A stretch of 64,000 nt of DNA, taken from the NCBI GenBank assembly GCA_963822965.1, contig CAWGJT010000006.1, positions 800,001-864,000 on the forward strand. Direction: 5' to 3'. The notes under the pieces are model-generated. The model worked only from the letters and a program-made list of their open reading frames with translations. It was not told the DNA's origin and made no database searches. Origin of the DNA: an uncultured delta proteobacterium. GTDB taxonomy: Bacteria; Myxococcota_A; UBA9160; UBA4427. Positions 60,721 through 64,000 of this stretch are shown one piece after another. A program made the position numbers and the translations under genes. Numbering within the stretch: position 1 is the first letter of the stretch; every line of letters starts with the position of its first letter.

Positions 60721-62187
60721 GTGATCGAAACTGTCGAGATCCGGGAGCCGGCTGGACTGGACGCCTATGCGGATGTGATTCACCTGACCGAGGCCGTCCG
60801 CGCGCTGCGCACCGAGGCCGCCTCGCTCGTCGAGCAGCTGCGCGATCGCAAGGTCTGGATGGTGAACTCGACGGCCCAGGGCGGTGGTGTGGCGGAGATG
60901 ATGCCGAAGCTCGTCGCCCTGCTGAACGAGCTGGGGCTCGAGACGGAATGGGTCGTGATGGCCACCGAACAGTCGGAGTTCTTCGATCTCACCAAGCGGC
61001 TCCACAACCTGATCCACGGTGCGGGCGACCCGGGTCTGCGGGACGAGGACCGGCAGCTCTACGCGGCCGTGAGCTCCGAGAACGCGGCCGACATGAAGCA
61101 GCGGATCGGACCCGACGACATCCTGGTCATCCACGACCCACAGCCGCTGGGCATGGGCGCCCTGCTCAAGCAGGAACTCGGCGTGCCGTTCTTCTTTCGC
61201 TGTCACATCGGGCTGGACGAGGATCGACCCGAGACCCGCGCCGCCTGGAGCTTCCTGCGGCCCTACGCGGAGGTCTGCGACTGGGCCATCTTCTCGTGCC
61301 CCGAGTACATCCCATCCTTCCTGGCCAACAAGGCGGGCATCATCACGCCCGCCATCGACCCACTCAGCTACAAGAACCGGGAGCTCTCTCCGCACAAGCT
61401 GGCGGGCATCTTGAAGAACTCGGGACTGGTCCGTTCGCGACATCCGGTCGTCCCGGAGGCGTTCGCGGAGCAGGCAACGCGCCTCCGTGCCGACGGCAGC
61501 TTCGCAGCATTGGACGAGGAGACCGACATCGGCATCCCGTTTCGCCCGCTGGTCACGCAGATCTCACGCTGGGATCGCCTCAAGGGCTTCGAACCACTCC
61601 TGGAGGCCTTCGCGTCCCTGAAGCAGAGCATTTCCGATCGCGCGGTCAGTGAGCGGCACCGGCGCCGATTGGGCCTCGCACGTCTGGTCCTGGCGGGGCC
61701 CGAGCCGGCGGCCGTGGCCGACGATCCCGAGGCGCAGGACGTGCTGCGCGACCTCATCGAGACCTACCGGCGCTTGCCGCACTGGATTCAGGAGGACGTC
61801 GCGGTCGTGTCGCTGCCGATGGGGTCGAGGGAGCAGAACGCCCTGATGGTGAACGCATTGCAGCGTTCCTCGAGCATCGTGGTGCAGAACTCGTTGCGCG
61901 AGGGCTTCGGCCTCACCGTGACCGAGGCGATGTGGAAGCAGTGCGCCGTACTGGGGAGTCGCGCCTGCGGCATCCGCCAGCAGATCCGCGACAGCGTAGA
62001 CGGCCGCCTCATCCCGGACGCCGAGGACCCGACGGAGATCGCGGATTTGCTCGACGTAGTACTCGACGATCTCTCCGAGCGCGTGCGCTACGGCCGTAGC
62101 GCCCAGCGCCGCGCCCACACCGAGTTCCTGGTCTTCACCCATGTGCGGCGCTGGCTCGAGACACTGGTGAACCAGCTGCGACGCTGA
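60721..62187 (+). CDS. treT: GT4 glycosyltransferase, trehalose synthase TreT-like
   Basis: NSTAQGGGVAE, HDPQP, RCHI, QISRWDRLKG, QNSLREGFGLTVTEAMWK. Confidence 0.85.
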   Translation: MIETVEIREPAGLDAYADVIHLTEAVRALRTEAASLVEQLRDRKVWMVNSTAQGGGVAEMMPKLVALLNELGLETEWVVMATEQSEFFDLTKRLHNLIHGAGDPGLRDEDRQLYAAVSSENAADMKQRIGPDDILVIHDPQPLGMGALLKQELGVPFFFRCHIGLDEDRPETRAAWSFLRPYAEVCDWAIFSCPEYIPSFLANKAGIITPAIDPLSYKNRELSPHKLAGILKNSGLVRSRHPVVPEAFAEQATRLRADGSFAALDEETDIGIPFRPLVTQISRWDRLKGFEPLLEAFASLKQSISDRAVSERHRRRLGLARLVLAGPEPAAVADDPEAQDVLRDLIETYRRLPHWIQEDVAVVSLPMGSREQNALMVNALQRSSSIVVQNSLREGFGLTVTEAMWKQCAVLGSRACGIRQQIRDSVDGRLIPDAEDPTEIADLLDVVLDDLSERVRYGRSAQRRAHTEFLVFTHVRRWLETLVNQLRR

Positions 62188-62296
62188 TCGCTGCCCGACC
62201 CCGAGTGCTCGCAACCCTCGTGGGCGTCTTGCCGCTCATTCTTCCCGAGCTCGAACGCGACTTCGGGCCGGCCCAGGACGCTGTCCAAGCTCCCCA

Positions 62297-62700
62297 TCAA
62301 TCGCCGCCCAAGACCTTCCGGCTCATGCGCGCAACCGATCGAACCCGCGTGCGGCGCCAGCCCGCGCGAAACCTGCGGAGCGGCCCGAAGCAGTCGTAGA
62401 CCGGGCCGAACGGCAGCCGCGCCAGACCGACCTCCGCTACGTGTGCGGCGGAAGCCATCCGGGACGGCACGGGAACGGCCCGTATCGGCCAGGACCCGGC
62501 GCAATGCCGGTGTGTCCGTGATCGAGAGGGCGAGCGTCAACACATCGACGCCGAGCGAATGCAGCTCGGCCCAGAGCGACTCGCCGAAGAGCAGGTGGAG
62601 GCCTTCGAGCCAGAGTAGACGGCCATGGACGGCGCTCCGCTGTAGGCAGCGCCCGAACCGACGAGAAGCAGCCCACCCCGACGTCGTTCGCGGCAGGTTG
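62297..62700 (-). pseudogene. 3' half of an SDR gene (frameshifted, 5'-truncated)
   Basis: GGLLLVGS...YSGSK...GESLWAEL...GVDVL...TDTP; Rossmann N-terminus missing. Confidence 0.7.
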
Positions 62701-62728
62701 CACCATGAGATCCGCAGCGAGGGCCATC

Positions 62729-63443
<715 letters not shown>

Positions 63444-63553
63444 CGGTCGCGGCCGTGGTATGGTGGCAGCCGAGGTATCGTGGTAGTCGAGATCGATCGT
63501 CGAAGGAGCCCCCCCTGTCGCGAGCTTGTCCGAATGCAGCCTCTCTCCGTGCG

Positions 63554-64000
63554 GTGCTCCCTGCGGCGCTCGTGGCTCTCGTGCTTGCGGTCGCAACGGG
63601 CCCGGCCCGGGCCAGCGACGGTGTGCTGGAGATCAACCAGGCCTGCGCGGTCGACATGGGCTGCTTCCCGGGCGATGCCGCGGGCTTCCCGGTGACCCTC
63701 ACGGCGCCCGCCAGCTACCGCCTGACCGGCGACCTCGTCGTCCCGGATGAGAACACCACCGGCATCCGCGCCAACACCTCCGGCGTGCGCATCGATCTGA
63801 ACGGCTTCCAGATCGTGCGCTCCGGCTGCGAGGGGGCCGTGACCGACTGCACGCCAGCCTCCGGAACCGGCAGCGGAGTTTCGGCTGGGATCGGGGGGGT
63901 TCACGACGTGTCGGTGCGCAACGGCATCATCGCGGGAATGGGCAACTACGGGGTGGTTCTCTCGACCCAGGCGCTGGTGACGGAGCTCGGGGCTCGCTGG
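63554..64000 (+). CDS. Secreted protein, probable right-handed beta-helix; runs off the right edge
   Basis: Manual translation: signal-like VLPAALVALVLAVA, then DGVLEINQAC...GFPVTL..PASYRLTGDL...IDLNGF.I...VRNG.I; start uncertain. Confidence 0.65.
   Translation, partial: MLPAALVALVLAVATGPARASDGVLEINQACAVDMGCFPGDAAGFPVTLTAPASYRLTGDLVVPDENTTGIRANTSGVRIDLNGFQIVRSGCEGAVTDCTPASGTGSGVSAGIGGVHDVSVRNGIIAGMGNYGVVLSTQALVTELGARW

Overview
Very GC-rich bacterial DNA from a diderm organism. The gene content (beta-barrels, PEP-CTERM protein, ZZ-histone, many lipid-catabolic paralogs) suggests Myxococcota or a similar deltaproteobacterium; this is inference. Many genes carry 1-bp frameshifts, most likely long-read or assembly errors. 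Layout: (1-6.6 kb) an aryl-polyene-like type II PKS/FAS accessory cluster, split divergently, with a fused double-hotdog dehydratase, two ACPs, an acyltransferase, LolA-like, MMPL and DUF3261-like genes. (6.6-16 kb) lipoproteins including a lipoprotein-caspase fusion, a lipoprotein paired with a putative permuted-papain protein carrying a 24-bp x5 repeat, DUF3604, PilZ and a beta-barrel. (16-37.7 kb) a large acyl-CoA/oxygenase catabolic block. (37.8-42.5 kb) a dockerin-bearing PQQ-propeller surface enzyme coupled to a cohesin-like PEP-CTERM protein, then myo-inositol oxygenase. (42.5-51.5 kb) mixed genes including a ZZ-zinc-finger bacterial histone. (51.7-64 kb) a probable decaying genomic island bounded by a tRNA-Gly 3' fragment (att site), containing gene fragments, chimeras and a 159-bp MITE. 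No CRISPR array, rRNA or intact tRNA was seen. All family assignments come from motif recognition by eye, not database searches.
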